Shown here one piece after another: positions 10,477 to 18,673 of a DNA stretch of 46,517 bases. Below the pieces are notes generated by a model. It was not told the DNA's origin, did no database searches, and worked only from the letters and a program-made list of their open reading frames with translations. The position numbers and the translations under genes were made by a program. The DNA lies in NCBI GenBank assembly GCA_966243015.1, contig CBIMES010000002.1, forward strand, positions 1 to 46,517, written 5' to 3'. The DNA comes from an uncultured bacterium (GTDB taxonomy: Bacteria; Patescibacteriota; Minisyncoccia; Phycocordibacterales; UBA6065). Numbering within the stretch: the stretch's first letter is position 1; every line of letters begins with the position of its first letter.

Positions 10477-11064
10477 TTAGACGGAGCCTTTTGGTGCACG
10501 CGGCCCGACCCCTTTCTCTAGAAGCCTCTCCCTGAGGGAAAAGACAGCCCTGCGATACCTACTCTTCACCGTATTCGTCGGTCTGTCAGAGAGGCCTGCT
10601 ATTTCCTCGAACGTCATACCCTCGACGTCGTGCAGAAGCACAATCGACCTGTCGATCACACTCAGACCAGCCATGACCTCGTCGAGAACGGTCCTCAGCT
10701 CCCCTGTCGCGACAACGGCATCGGCGAGTGGCGCGTCGTCTGGAATCGACTCGGCAAAGGACGCCTCGCCATCGTCGCCGTCGAGCACGCTGAAAGGAAT
10801 ATCCTTCCTCTTGCGGAGGGTGTCGACCGCCGCGTTGCGCGCGACGGTAAAGAGCCAGGTCTTGAAGGGCTTTGACTCATCAAAGCGCCCCATCCCCTTC
10901 CACGCCTTGATAAACGCCTCCTGCGCGACGTCCTCAGCGAGGGCGGCATCCCTGAGCGTGTGAAAGGCGAACGAGTAAAGCCTGTCGGCATAACGCTCAA
11001 CAAGGCGTCCAAAGGCGTCTGGGTCCCCTGACATATGGGCGCGTATGAGGTCCCTGTCATCCAT
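10477..11064 (-). CDS. ECF RNA polymerase sigma factor
   Basis: AEDVAQEAFIKAW, FKTWLFTVARN, TFEEIA..NTVKSRYRRA; start at ATG 11064, 8 nt after TACAAT. Confidence 0.92.
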   Translation of the reverse strand: MDDRDLIRAHMSGDPDAFGRLVERYADRLYSFAFHTLRDAALAEDVAQEAFIKAWKGMGRFDESKPFKTWLFTVARNAAVDTLRKRKDIPFSVLDGDDGEASFAESIPDDAPLADAVVATGELRTVLDEVMAGLSVIDRSIVLLHDVEGMTFEEIAGLSDRPTNTVKSRYRRAVFSLRERLLEKGVGPRAPKGSV

Positions 11065-11111
11065 TGAGAGGCATTGTACACCACGGAAGGCATTCATGAT
11101 AAACTCAGCCT

Positions 11112-11513
11112 ATGACAACAACACGCAACACGACGACAAAGAGACGCGCGAAGGCCATCGGCGTCTTCGTGGTCGTATTCGCCGCAGCGTTCGCCGTCGG
11201 CATGAAATACAGCTCGACCAAGAACCAGCCGATGCCGGCAAGCGCCAAGCTCAACCCAAACGACCCCGCCTTCACGGTGTACGAGTGCTCTGACGACAAG
11301 AGCATCTGGGCCGCCTACAAGGATAAGGAGGTGTCCCTGTCGCTGAGCGACGGAAGCAACGTCTTCCTCCCCCAGGCAACCTCCGCCTCGGGAGCGCGTT
11401 TCGCCAACGATGACGAATCTATCGTCTTCTGGGAAAAGGGTGGCCTCGCCTTCCTCCAGCAGGATGGAGAGACTACCTACGAAGACTGTGTAAAGAAAGA
11501 TCGAGGAATCTAA
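11112..11513 (+). CDS. MliC/PliC-family lysozyme inhibitor
   Basis: YEC..LPQATSASGARF..FWEKG..C signature with N-terminal TM. Confidence 0.85.
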   Translation: MTTTRNTTTKRRAKAIGVFVVVFAAAFAVGMKYSSTKNQPMPASAKLNPNDPAFTVYECSDDKSIWAAYKDKEVSLSLSDGSNVFLPQATSASGARFANDDESIVFWEKGGLAFLQQDGETTYEDCVKKDRGI

Positions 11514-11525
11514 AGGACCCGAGAA

Positions 11526-11558
11526 AGCAAAAGCCCCGCGCGACGCGGGGCTTTTGCT
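11526..11558. terminator. Bidirectional intrinsic terminator
   Basis: AGCAAAAGCCCCGCG-CGA-CGCGGGGCTTTTGCT between convergent genes. Confidence 0.8.
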
Positions 11559-11574
11559 CGCCGATGCAGAGCGA

Positions 11575-12216
11575 TTATTCAGCCTCTCGGCTCGTTGAAG
11601 CCTGAGCCTCGAGATTCGCCTCGTAGTGAGACCTCATAACAGACCTGACGACGTCTACGATGCGAGTCTTCGTTGACGTCGAGAGCGTCGCGCCACCGTC
11701 AGCGCGCGCGATGGTTCCCGCCGACGCCTCGATGTCAGCCTTGAGGCTGCCCGAGTCGTAGGCCGCGAGGAATCGATACCAAGGGTAGGAAACCTCGACG
11801 GAACCGTCGGCGTTGACGACGGCCTCGGCAGAGACGGTCATCGGTATGAAGCCAAAGAGTCGGGCGCGATCCCTGTACCTGACGGACACGCTGTCATCGT
11901 CCGAGCTCACGCCCGAGAGGTTCTCGTCCTGCTCGAGGGTGATCTGGACATAGGAGTCGAACTCCGCCGCGTCTTCCTCTGTGGAGGTGGCGGTTGTGGT
12001 CGTCGCGACGGTGCTGGTCGATCGCGCCGATGTGCCGACACCGGCGTTCACGCTCGCGTTTACGGACGACGTCGACGATGCCTGGCCAAGCCTGAGGCCG
12101 GCGCCCACATCGACAGACGCGTTCAAGCCCTGGGCATCCACGGAAGGGGCGAACACGAGCGTTCCAAAGATAATGAGTGAGTATGTTCCTAATTTTTTGA
12201 GAGTAGTCATGATCAT
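11575..12216 (-). CDS. Secreted hypothetical protein with Ser/Thr-rich linker
   Basis: Signal peptide ending VDA, low-complexity S/T tract, ARLFGFIP..V.YPWY domain. Confidence 0.7.
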   Translation of the reverse strand: MIMTTLKKLGTYSLIIFGTLVFAPSVDAQGLNASVDVGAGLRLGQASSTSSVNASVNAGVGTSARSTSTVATTTTATSTEEDAAEFDSYVQITLEQDENLSGVSSDDDSVSVRYRDRARLFGFIPMTVSAEAVVNADGSVEVSYPWYRFLAAYDSGSLKADIEASAGTIARADGGATLSTSTKTRIVDVVRSVMRSHYEANLEAQASTSREAE

Positions 12217-12303
12217 GTTTAATTAGGCTACTTGGTAACAAAGAGCGACTCTATATTCAATTATGGGGTGCCCGCTGGGTTATGCACCTTCGTTATCCCC
12301 AAC

Positions 12304-13257
12304 CTAGATGAGACAGGGCCCGCCCGTTCGAGAGCTCTCCACGCGACGCGGCGAGAACGAGACGGAGCCGTCTTTCACGAGCATCTCGAGCACGAGCCCG
12401 ATGCGGACCGAGGCATCCCAGTACTGGTCAAAGATGAAATTGCCGAGGGAATAATAAATCACCCCTCCCCTGTAGCTCTCTGACTCCTGGATAATGTGAG
12501 GGTGAGCCCCTACCACAAGGTCGGCGCCAGCGTCTATGAAGGCACGCGCCGCGACTCTCTGGCCGTCAGTCACGGGCGAGTACTCCTCTCCCCAATGGGC
12601 AAAGACAACTACCTGATTGGCAAGCGACCTTACCCGCCTGACCTCCGCGACGACCGACTCGACGGTGTTGATGCCATAGAACTCGGTAAAGCCGACAAAA
12701 GCAAAGGTTGTCCCCTTGATGTCTCTGACAAGACTCATGCGGGAGGAATCGAGAGGGTCGCCGAAATACCCTACGCCGCTCTCGCCCAGGTACCGCCCCG
12801 TGCTCTCGACACCCTTTCTGCCGAAGTCGAAGATGTGATTGTTGGCGAGGGAGACCGCGCGGACATTGTTGCGCGAGAGCGTGGCAGCGGTCGAGGTCGG
12901 GAACGTGAACGTCGTGTTACCCGCGTCGCCCGGCACGGTCGCCCTGCTCACTGACTGGTATTCGGTGATGGGACCCTCGAGATTGCCGACAACGAGGTCA
13001 AATTCCTTGAGATAGTCAGCCATGCACGAAAAGACGTGATCACTCCCCTCCTCCTCTGACATGGCGAGAATCGTGCGGTCAAACATCATGTCGCCGACGA
13101 AAAGCAGCGTCGCGGAATCGGCGCCCGCGTCAACCGGGATGTCAGGCACAGGGACTGACGAATGGTACGCGCGATCCAGGCGGAGCGGAGAGGCCCAAAG
13201 CGCAATCGCCCCGGCCGCGATTGCAGTGCCGAGGGCGATGAGTGTTCTGCGCTTCAT
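12304..13257 (-). CDS. CapA/PgsA-family metallophosphatase-like protein
   Basis: VGDMM, GNLEGP, LANNHIFDFG, HWGEEY, GAHPH, YSLGNFIFDQ. Confidence 0.9.
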   Translation of the reverse strand: MKRRTLIALGTAIAAGAIALWASPLRLDRAYHSSVPVPDIPVDAGADSATLLFVGDMMFDRTILAMSEEEGSDHVFSCMADYLKEFDLVVGNLEGPITEYQSVSRATVPGDAGNTTFTFPTSTAATLSRNNVRAVSLANNHIFDFGRKGVESTGRYLGESGVGYFGDPLDSSRMSLVRDIKGTTFAFVGFTEFYGINTVESVVAEVRRVRSLANQVVVFAHWGEEYSPVTDGQRVAARAFIDAGADLVVGAHPHIIQESESYRGGVIYYSLGNFIFDQYWDASVRIGLVLEMLVKDGSVSFSPRRVESSRTGGPCLI

Positions 13258-13262
13258 GGGAC

Positions 13263-14180
13263 CTAGAGCTTAAGATACTTGCGGACCGCGAGATAGCTCG
13301 AGAACGCGCCGAGGAGAACACCGGTGCCGAGAATGACGCCGAAGACCTGCGGGAAGTTCGAGAGATAGTACTGAAAGACGTCGAATCCGCTGAAGAAGGT
13401 CTTGGTGATCGACGAAACCCAATAGGTCGCCGGGTACAGAAGGGTCAAGGTTATAAGGGCCGAGACGACACCGTACATGACACCCGAAACCACGAACGGG
13501 CCGCGGATGTACTTGTTGCTTGCCCCCACGAGACGCATGACCGAGATCTCCTCTCGGGCGATGTAAATCGCGAGACGTATGGTATTGAAGGCAATGACGA
13601 TCGAGATGAGCACGAGGACCGCCGTGATGCCAAAGGCAATGGTCGTGCCGCCGGCGATCATCTTCGAGAGCGTATCGATGGCCGTCTTGTTCTGGTAGTA
13701 ATTGATGCGATCGATGAACGAGCCCTGGTTAGTGTTCTCGTCTTCGAGGAATTCGGCGATGCCCTCGTACTGAGACGTCTCCTTTGCCTTGATGTTGAGG
13801 ATTGCGCCGAGAGGGTTCTCGTCCAACTCGTCGAGGGCCGAAAGGGTTATCTCGTCGTTCTGGTGCCGCTCCTTGAAGTTGGCGAGCGCCTGCTCGCGGG
13901 AGATGTACTCAATCTCGGCGACCTCGGGAAGGGCCTCCAGCCTGTTCTGGAGGCTGATGATGTCTTCTTCGGATGCGGTAGTGACGAAGTAGACGTTCAC
14001 GTCCACCTTGGACTGAATCTCCTTGAGCGAAGACCTGAGGAGGGCGCCCGAGAAGAGAATGCCGCCGAGCACGAAGAGCGTGACGGTGATGATGAGCACC
14101 GACGAGAGCGACACGAAGCTGTTTCGCGCGAATGATATGAAGCCCGCCTTTATGATTCTCTTGGTGTTGATCCAGAACAT
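13263..14180 (-). CDS. ftsX: Cell division permease FtsX
   Basis: NTIRLAIY..REEI.VMRLVGA...IRGPF motif; follows ftsE. Confidence 0.92.
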   Translation of the reverse strand: MFWINTKRIIKAGFISFARNSFVSLSSVLIITVTLFVLGGILFSGALLRSSLKEIQSKVDVNVYFVTTASEEDIISLQNRLEALPEVAEIEYISREQALANFKERHQNDEITLSALDELDENPLGAILNIKAKETSQYEGIAEFLEDENTNQGSFIDRINYYQNKTAIDTLSKMIAGGTTIAFGITAVLVLISIVIAFNTIRLAIYIAREEISVMRLVGASNKYIRGPFVVSGVMYGVVSALITLTLLYPATYWVSSITKTFFSGFDVFQYYLSNFPQVFGVILGTGVLLGAFSSYLAVRKYLKL

Positions 14181-14191
14181 GATGGGTGTTG

Positions 14192-14872
14192 TTAGAGCGC
14201 GTACTTGCCGTCCTTGTCGTCCCTGATAATCCTTCCCTTCTCCATGGTGATGACGCGGCGGCCGATGGACTCGATGACGCCCTTGTTATGGGTGGTGAGG
14301 ATGACGGTGGTGCCGAGGTCGTTAATCTTCTTCAGAATCTGCACGATCTCGTAGGTGTTCACCGGGTCGAGGTTTCCCGTCGGTTCGTCCGCGATGATGA
14401 TGTCCGGCTGATTGACGATGGCGCGGGCGATGGCGACGCGCTGCCTCTCCCCTCCCGAGAGCTCGTGAGGGAAATTCCAGATCTTCCTGCCGAGGTCGAC
14501 CAGCTCAAGCACGTGCGGCACGTCGGAGGCAATCTCCTCGTCAGTGCGGCCCGCAGCCTCCATGGCGAAGGCGATGTTCTCGAACACGGTCTTGTTCGGG
14601 ATGAGGCGGAAATCCTGGAAGACGGTGCCTATGCGTCGGCGATAGGCCGGCACGTCCTTTCGGCGAAGCTTGTGCACGTTGGTGGACTCGAAATGCACGG
14701 AACCCCTGGTCGGATGCTCCTCGATGAGCAGCATCTTGATGAGGGTGGTCTTGCCCGCTCCAGAATGCCCCACGATAGACACGAACTCCTTGGGATGTAT
14801 GACGAGGTTCACCTCGTCGAGGGCAACAGAGTCGTCAGAGTAGACCTTGGTTACTTTGTCGAAATGAATCAT
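14192..14872 (-). CDS. ftsE: Cell division ATP-binding protein FtsE
   Basis: [36 protein letters not shown]. Confidence 0.93.
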   Translation of the reverse strand: MIHFDKVTKVYSDDSVALDEVNLVIHPKEFVSIVGHSGAGKTTLIKMLLIEEHPTRGSVHFESTNVHKLRRKDVPAYRRRIGTVFQDFRLIPNKTVFENIAFAMEAAGRTDEEIASDVPHVLELVDLGRKIWNFPHELSGGERQRVAIARAIVNQPDIIIADEPTGNLDPVNTYEIVQILKKINDLGTTVILTTHNKGVIESIGRRVITMEKGRIIRDDKDGKYAL

Positions 14873-14936
14873 GTCTCGTCATTGTACCAAGAAAGGAATA
14901 GGCGCTCAACGGAAGCGGATGGGGCCATGCAGGGCC

Positions 14937-15806
14937 CTAGAGACCCCTCTCCGCCTCGATGAAGGCGTCGAGGTCGCCCTCGAGGACAGCATCGACGTTC
15001 GAGGTCTCCACCTCGGTCCTGTGGTCCTTGACCATCTTGTACGGATGCACGACGTAGGAGCGAATCTGATTGCCCCACTCGATGTCTGTGGTCTTGGAAA
15101 TATACATGCCTCGCTCCTTTGACCTCTGCTCATCCTGCTTCAGCTTGTAGAGCTTGGCCTGAAGGATATCCATGGCCTGGGCGCGGTTGTCCGCCTGAGA
15201 GCGCTCTGAATCGACGTGCACCGATATCTTGGTCGGTATGTGAATGAGGCGCACGGCAGTCTCGCGCTTGTTGACGTTCTGTCCGCCGGGACCGGATGAC
15301 CTGGCAAACTCCACGCGAAGCTCCTCGGGAGGAATGGAAACAAAGGTGAACTTCTCGAACTTCGGAATCACCTCGACGAGAGAGAACGAGGTATGCCTCT
15401 GCTTCTTGGCGTTGAAGGGCGAGATGCGGACGAGCCTATGCACGCCTGACTCGTTCTTGAGCGTGCCGTACGCGTTCTTGCCCGCGAGCTCGAGGGTGAC
15501 GTTGCGATAGCCGCCCCGCTCGTTCTTGTTCTGATGTATAAAGGTCACCCCCCACCCCTTTCGCGCCGCGTACTTGAGGTACATGTCGAGGAGAATGCGC
15601 GAGAAGTCCTCGGCGTCATCTCCGCCCGCCCCAGAGAATATGGTCATGACCGCGTTGCCGCGCTCGTACTTCTCAGTCTCGGCAAGAGCCGACTTGAGGT
15701 CATTGAGCTCGCGAAGTATATTCTGGGCCTTTTCCTTGCTCTCCCAGAAGGAGGCGTCGCTCATGAGATTCTCGATCTCCTCGATTCGTTTTCGCGGATC
15801 GTTCAT
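14937..15806 (-). CDS. prfB: Peptide chain release factor 2, short form
   Basis: GVHRLVRISPF (SPF), RHTSF, GPGGQNVNK, WGNQIRSY. Confidence 0.92.
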   Translation of the reverse strand: MNDPRKRIEEIENLMSDASFWESKEKAQNILRELNDLKSALAETEKYERGNAVMTIFSGAGGDDAEDFSRILLDMYLKYAARKGWGVTFIHQNKNERGGYRNVTLELAGKNAYGTLKNESGVHRLVRISPFNAKKQRHTSFSLVEVIPKFEKFTFVSIPPEELRVEFARSSGPGGQNVNKRETAVRLIHIPTKISVHVDSERSQADNRAQAMDILQAKLYKLKQDEQRSKERGMYISKTTDIEWGNQIRSYVVHPYKMVKDHRTEVETSNVDAVLEGDLDAFIEAERGL

Positions 15807-15807
15807 G

Positions 15808-15880
15808 AGCCACTTCCCGGGATCGAACCGGGGACCTCTACTTTACGAAAGTATTGCTCTACCAGCTGAGCTAAAGTGGC
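15808..15880 (-). tRNA. tRNA-Thr(CGT)
   Basis: Cloverleaf with GCCACTT/AAGTGGC acceptor, TT-CGT-AA loop, TTCGATC T-loop; CCA not encoded. Confidence 0.93.
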
Positions 15881-15899
15881 AGGTACCCTCCACTGTCTG

Positions 15900-16146
15900 A
15901 GCCAACGTCCGGGATCGAACCGGAGACCTCGTCATTCGTTTACACCTCACCTTGCGGGAGGACTAGACTGTATCTTTCTCCTGTTGCGAGGAGACCCTTG
16001 TCAGTCGTTCGGGCGCTGGGCGCCACGGTCTTAACCCAGAGGGTCTTTAACCGTTATTCGGGATTCACTGAGGCGTTACCGCCCCAGTGGGCAGGGTTTC
16101 TTACGAACCCACCAATGACGTGCTCTACCGACTGAGCTACGTTGGC
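15900..16146 (-). tRNA. tRNA-Thr(GGT), intron-containing (exons 16146-16111 and 15936-15900)
   Basis: Joined exons give a canonical 73-nt cloverleaf: GCCAACG/CGTTGGC acceptor, CGTCA-TT-GGT-AA-TGACG anticodon arm. Confidence 0.93.
15937..16110 (-). ncRNA. Group I self-splicing intron, 174 nt, inserted at tRNA position 36/37
   Basis: 5' exon ends in U, intron ends in G; P1 with U.G, P2 with GTAA loop, P4 ACGGT/ACCGT, P7 GACTG/CAGTC, S-element AAGATACAGTCT, P8, P9 with GCAA loop. Confidence 0.9.
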
Positions 16147-16187
16147 TTATTGCTGTTCCAAAAGAACGCCTCACAAGAATAGACTAT

Positions 16188-16781
16188 TCAGCGAATTTTA
16201 TCAATCATCTCACACATTTTCTCCTTTAATCTGACATTATTAAAGTAAACGATAACAACCCCGTGCTGGGACTTATTACGATACGTCCCAGGGCCCCTTA
16301 CGCGAGAAACCACCGGTTTATAGAACTGATCAAGGCCCACGGAAAGCTCATTAGCCCAATATCTAAGGGCTATTTCTGGATTCAAATCCTCAAACACCTG
16401 AACACTGAATCTTAGTCTCGATTTCTCGACCCCGCACATCCTTTCAAGGAATTCCATGAATTTCCTTACGAGGTGAGGATCGGTGTTGGTAAGCCTCATT
16501 CCGCCCCTGCCCCTCTTCAACCCCTCGCCCCAATACAAGCCAAGGCCCAAACCAAGCAATAAACTATCGTCCTGATTCCTTGGCTCTTTTATCAAGAATG
16601 GGTCACCCGAAGGATTTTTAAGCCTGTAAACAGCCTCGGAAATAGACCTCTTTTTGATACCGTGCTTTTCAAGCCAGTAATTGACTTTATTATTCGAACA
16701 ATTCAAAACGCCAGCGATCTGTGATGCTGACAGACCGCCTTCGACATAAAGGTGATTCAGTTCTTTGAACGAAATTTCCAC
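16188..16781 (-). CDS. HTH plus LAGLIDADG-like (homing endonuclease-fold) protein
   Basis: N-terminal LSASQIAGVLNCS..V.YWL HTH; LLGLGLGLYWGEG motif followed by RLTNTDP.LV..F..FL; visibly AT-richer than flanks. Confidence 0.65.
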   Translation of the reverse strand: MEISFKELNHLYVEGGLSASQIAGVLNCSNNKVNYWLEKHGIKKRSISEAVYRLKNPSGDPFLIKEPRNQDDSLLLGLGLGLYWGEGLKRGRGGMRLTNTDPHLVRKFMEFLERMCGVEKSRLRFSVQVFEDLNPEIALRYWANELSVGLDQFYKPVVSRVRGPGTYRNKSQHGVVIVYFNNVRLKEKMCEMIDKIR

Positions 16782-16822
16782 TCAACAAACATAGCAAATC
16801 GACGATAAAGACAGTATAAAAA

Positions 16823-17518
16823 TCAATAGAGGTCAGACTGTCTTTCGACCTCCCCCTCCCTGAACGCGTTCACGAGCAGGTGCGCGAGACGGGTCGGCTC
16901 TGGCAGGCGATACCCCTTGAGGCATCCGGTGACCACGTTCAGAGCGTCGCTCACGCTCACCTTGTGGCCCGGGGAAATGAAAAGCGGGTTCGATTTTTCC
17001 TTTGATTTGTAGACGTACCCAAGTGTCTCCCGCGTCACGGGATCAGCCAGAGGTGAGGCGTCGCCGACGACGCGAGGCTCTGAATGAACACCAAAGAGAA
17101 CCGACTTGGCGCAGCCGACGGTTGGTATGCCGCTTAGTATTCCGAGGTGCGTGGCTATACCGAGTCGGCGCGGATGGGCTATTCCCTGACCGTCTACCAT
17201 GATGAGATCAGGCCTGACCTTGAGCTTCTCGAGGCACTTCATGAGACCAGGGATCTCGCGGAACGAGAGCAGTCCCGGAATGTACGGAAACGTGACCTTC
17301 ATCTTGTGAACAGCGTGACCAAGGGGCCTCAGGTCAGGGTACGAGAGCAGGATAATTCCCGCGAAAAGCTCGTCGCCGAAGCGCTCGAGCGACACGTCAG
17401 CGCCAGCGATGATTTTGACCGTCGAGTCGAGGGACGAGAGGTCCACCCGCTCCCCAAGCGCCTTCTGTATGCGTATCGCCTCGGCCGGCGTCACGTCCCA
17501 TGAGTGAATGTGTGGCAT
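16823..17518 (-). CDS. nfi: Endonuclease V
   Basis: AGADVS, FPYIPGLLSFRE, VDGQGIAHPRRLGIA, GCAKS, RLPEPTRLAH. Confidence 0.95.
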   Translation of the reverse strand: MPHIHSWDVTPAEAIRIQKALGERVDLSSLDSTVKIIAGADVSLERFGDELFAGIILLSYPDLRPLGHAVHKMKVTFPYIPGLLSFREIPGLMKCLEKLKVRPDLIMVDGQGIAHPRRLGIATHLGILSGIPTVGCAKSVLFGVHSEPRVVGDASPLADPVTRETLGYVYKSKEKSNPLFISPGHKVSVSDALNVVTGCLKGYRLPEPTRLAHLLVNAFREGEVERQSDLY

Positions 17519-17546
17519 GGCTTCCTTACTTGAGCCCAGAATAGCA

Positions 17547-17575
17547 CGGAACCCGACACAGCGTGTCGGGTTTCG
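17547..17575 (-). terminator. Stem-loop immediately 3' of tRNA-Asp
   Basis: AACCCGACAC-AGC-GTGTCGGGTT inverted repeat. Confidence 0.55.
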
Positions 17576-17582
17576 TATCCTG

Positions 17583-17656
17583 CGCGAGTGATGGGACTCG
17601 AACCCACGGCCTCTTCCGTGACAGGGAAGCGCTCTAACCAGCTGAGCTACACCCGC
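17583..17656 (-). tRNA. tRNA-Asp(GTC)
   Basis: GCGGGTG/CACTCGC acceptor, CTTCC-CT-GTC-AC-GGAAG arm, G73. Confidence 0.93.
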
Positions 17657-17727
17657 AGGGCTTATATACTTACACAGCTATGCCGTGTACGCAACCATTT
17701 AAGCACGAAACGCCTAAAAAATCACGG

Positions 17728-17801
17728 TGTCGGCGGGAGGGATCGAACCTCCGACCTTGGGCTTATGAGTCCCACGCTCTAACCAACTGAGCTACGCCGA
17801 C
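17728..17801 (-). tRNA. tRNA with CAT anticodon (elongator Met or Ile2)
   Basis: Paired G1-C72 (GTCGGCG/CGCCGAC), CT-CAT-AA loop; Met versus Ile2 not resolvable by eye. Confidence 0.85.
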
Positions 17802-17951
17802 GTGAACCACACGATATCATAATCTGCTTGATTTTCCAAGGAAAATGATGCCCCGAGGGGTAGTTGAAAGAAAACGGACCCCCGCCCCGTATTATCAGTG
17901 TGTAGATAAGTAGTGGACTAGACGTTACGCCGAGCGTCCCCTCCACCCCAC

Positions 17952-17980
17952 GAAAAACGCCCTGAAGCCGGGCGTTTTTC
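17952..17980. terminator. Bidirectional intrinsic terminator
   Basis: GAAAAACGCCC-TGAAGCC-GGGCGTTTTTC. Confidence 0.7.
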
Positions 17981-18047
17981 TCTTGCCCTGGAAAGCGCCA
18001 ATAAAAAGCCCCGCCCTTTCAGGCAGAGGCTCTGTACTCGCGTGACG

Positions 18048-18545
18048 CTATGCAAGGGAGGCTTTGTATAGCCCAAGGTCAAATGCCCCACGAAGCTTAT
18101 AGGCGTCCCTCCAGGCTTTCCACCGCTCGTCGCGCTTCAGCACATTCGGGTCGGGACGGTAACGCCCTGTCGTAAACGCCGAAGTGAAAGCGTCGGAACG
18201 AGGAAGCAGGATCGCCGACAGGCTCAGAGAGTGCATGGGATAAGGGTCAATGATATGCCCAGACCTTGTCTCGAGCCAGGAATGCTGGCCCACCCAATAC
18301 TCATATTCGTTGCCTTTCTTGAGGACCATGCCTCCAAGCTCGCCGTCCACGAGACGGACTGACCCGTCTCGGATTTCCAAGACAAGCGCCCTGCAAATGG
18401 AGTGGCAGTTGAACGGAATACCCTTCAATCTCCTCGTCCTGTCGTCCTCGGGCCTCCTCACCGACTGTAAAAGACCTGTCACCGTTTCCAGGATTTTCCA
18501 GTCTTCCTGAGAGACGGCGCTGTAAACTGCGTCACAGTAAAACAT
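18048..18545 (-). CDS. Hypothetical protein with CH / HSW / IIDP motifs (possible transglutaminase/papain-like triad)
   Basis: ATG 18545 with upstream AAGGA and TTGACA (18611-18616); NCHSIC, QHSWLE, HIIDPY. Confidence 0.55.
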   Translation of the reverse strand: MFYCDAVYSAVSQEDWKILETVTGLLQSVRRPEDDRTRRLKGIPFNCHSICRALVLEIRDGSVRLVDGELGGMVLKKGNEYEYWVGQHSWLETRSGHIIDPYPMHSLSLSAILLPRSDAFTSAFTTGRYRPDPNVLKRDERWKAWRDAYKLRGAFDLGLYKASLA

Positions 18546-18634
18546 CTGTTTCCTTGGTTGAGTGTTTGAATGATCTAACTTGTTTAAGAAATTACAACAA
18601 ATAATCACTTTGTCAATAAACATCCTGTTCCAAG

Positions 18635-18665
18635 AGAAAAGCCAGGCGTTACGCCTGGCTTTTCT
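18635..18665. terminator. Intrinsic terminator after initiator tRNA
   Basis: AGAAAAGCCAGGCG-TTA-CGCCTGGCTTTTCT. Confidence 0.8.
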
Positions 18666-18673
18666 GTTACGTG

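Noticed and set aside
15534-15900. ORFs overlapping tRNAs (also 17588-17782 and 18580-18831)
   Set aside because: Translations of tRNA antisense sequence
15937-16113. Alternative intron boundary after U33 giving a different anticodon (ACG)
   Set aside because: The intron would end in A rather than G, and the acceptor stem has Thr-type G1-C72/C2-G71; only the 36/37 junction fits
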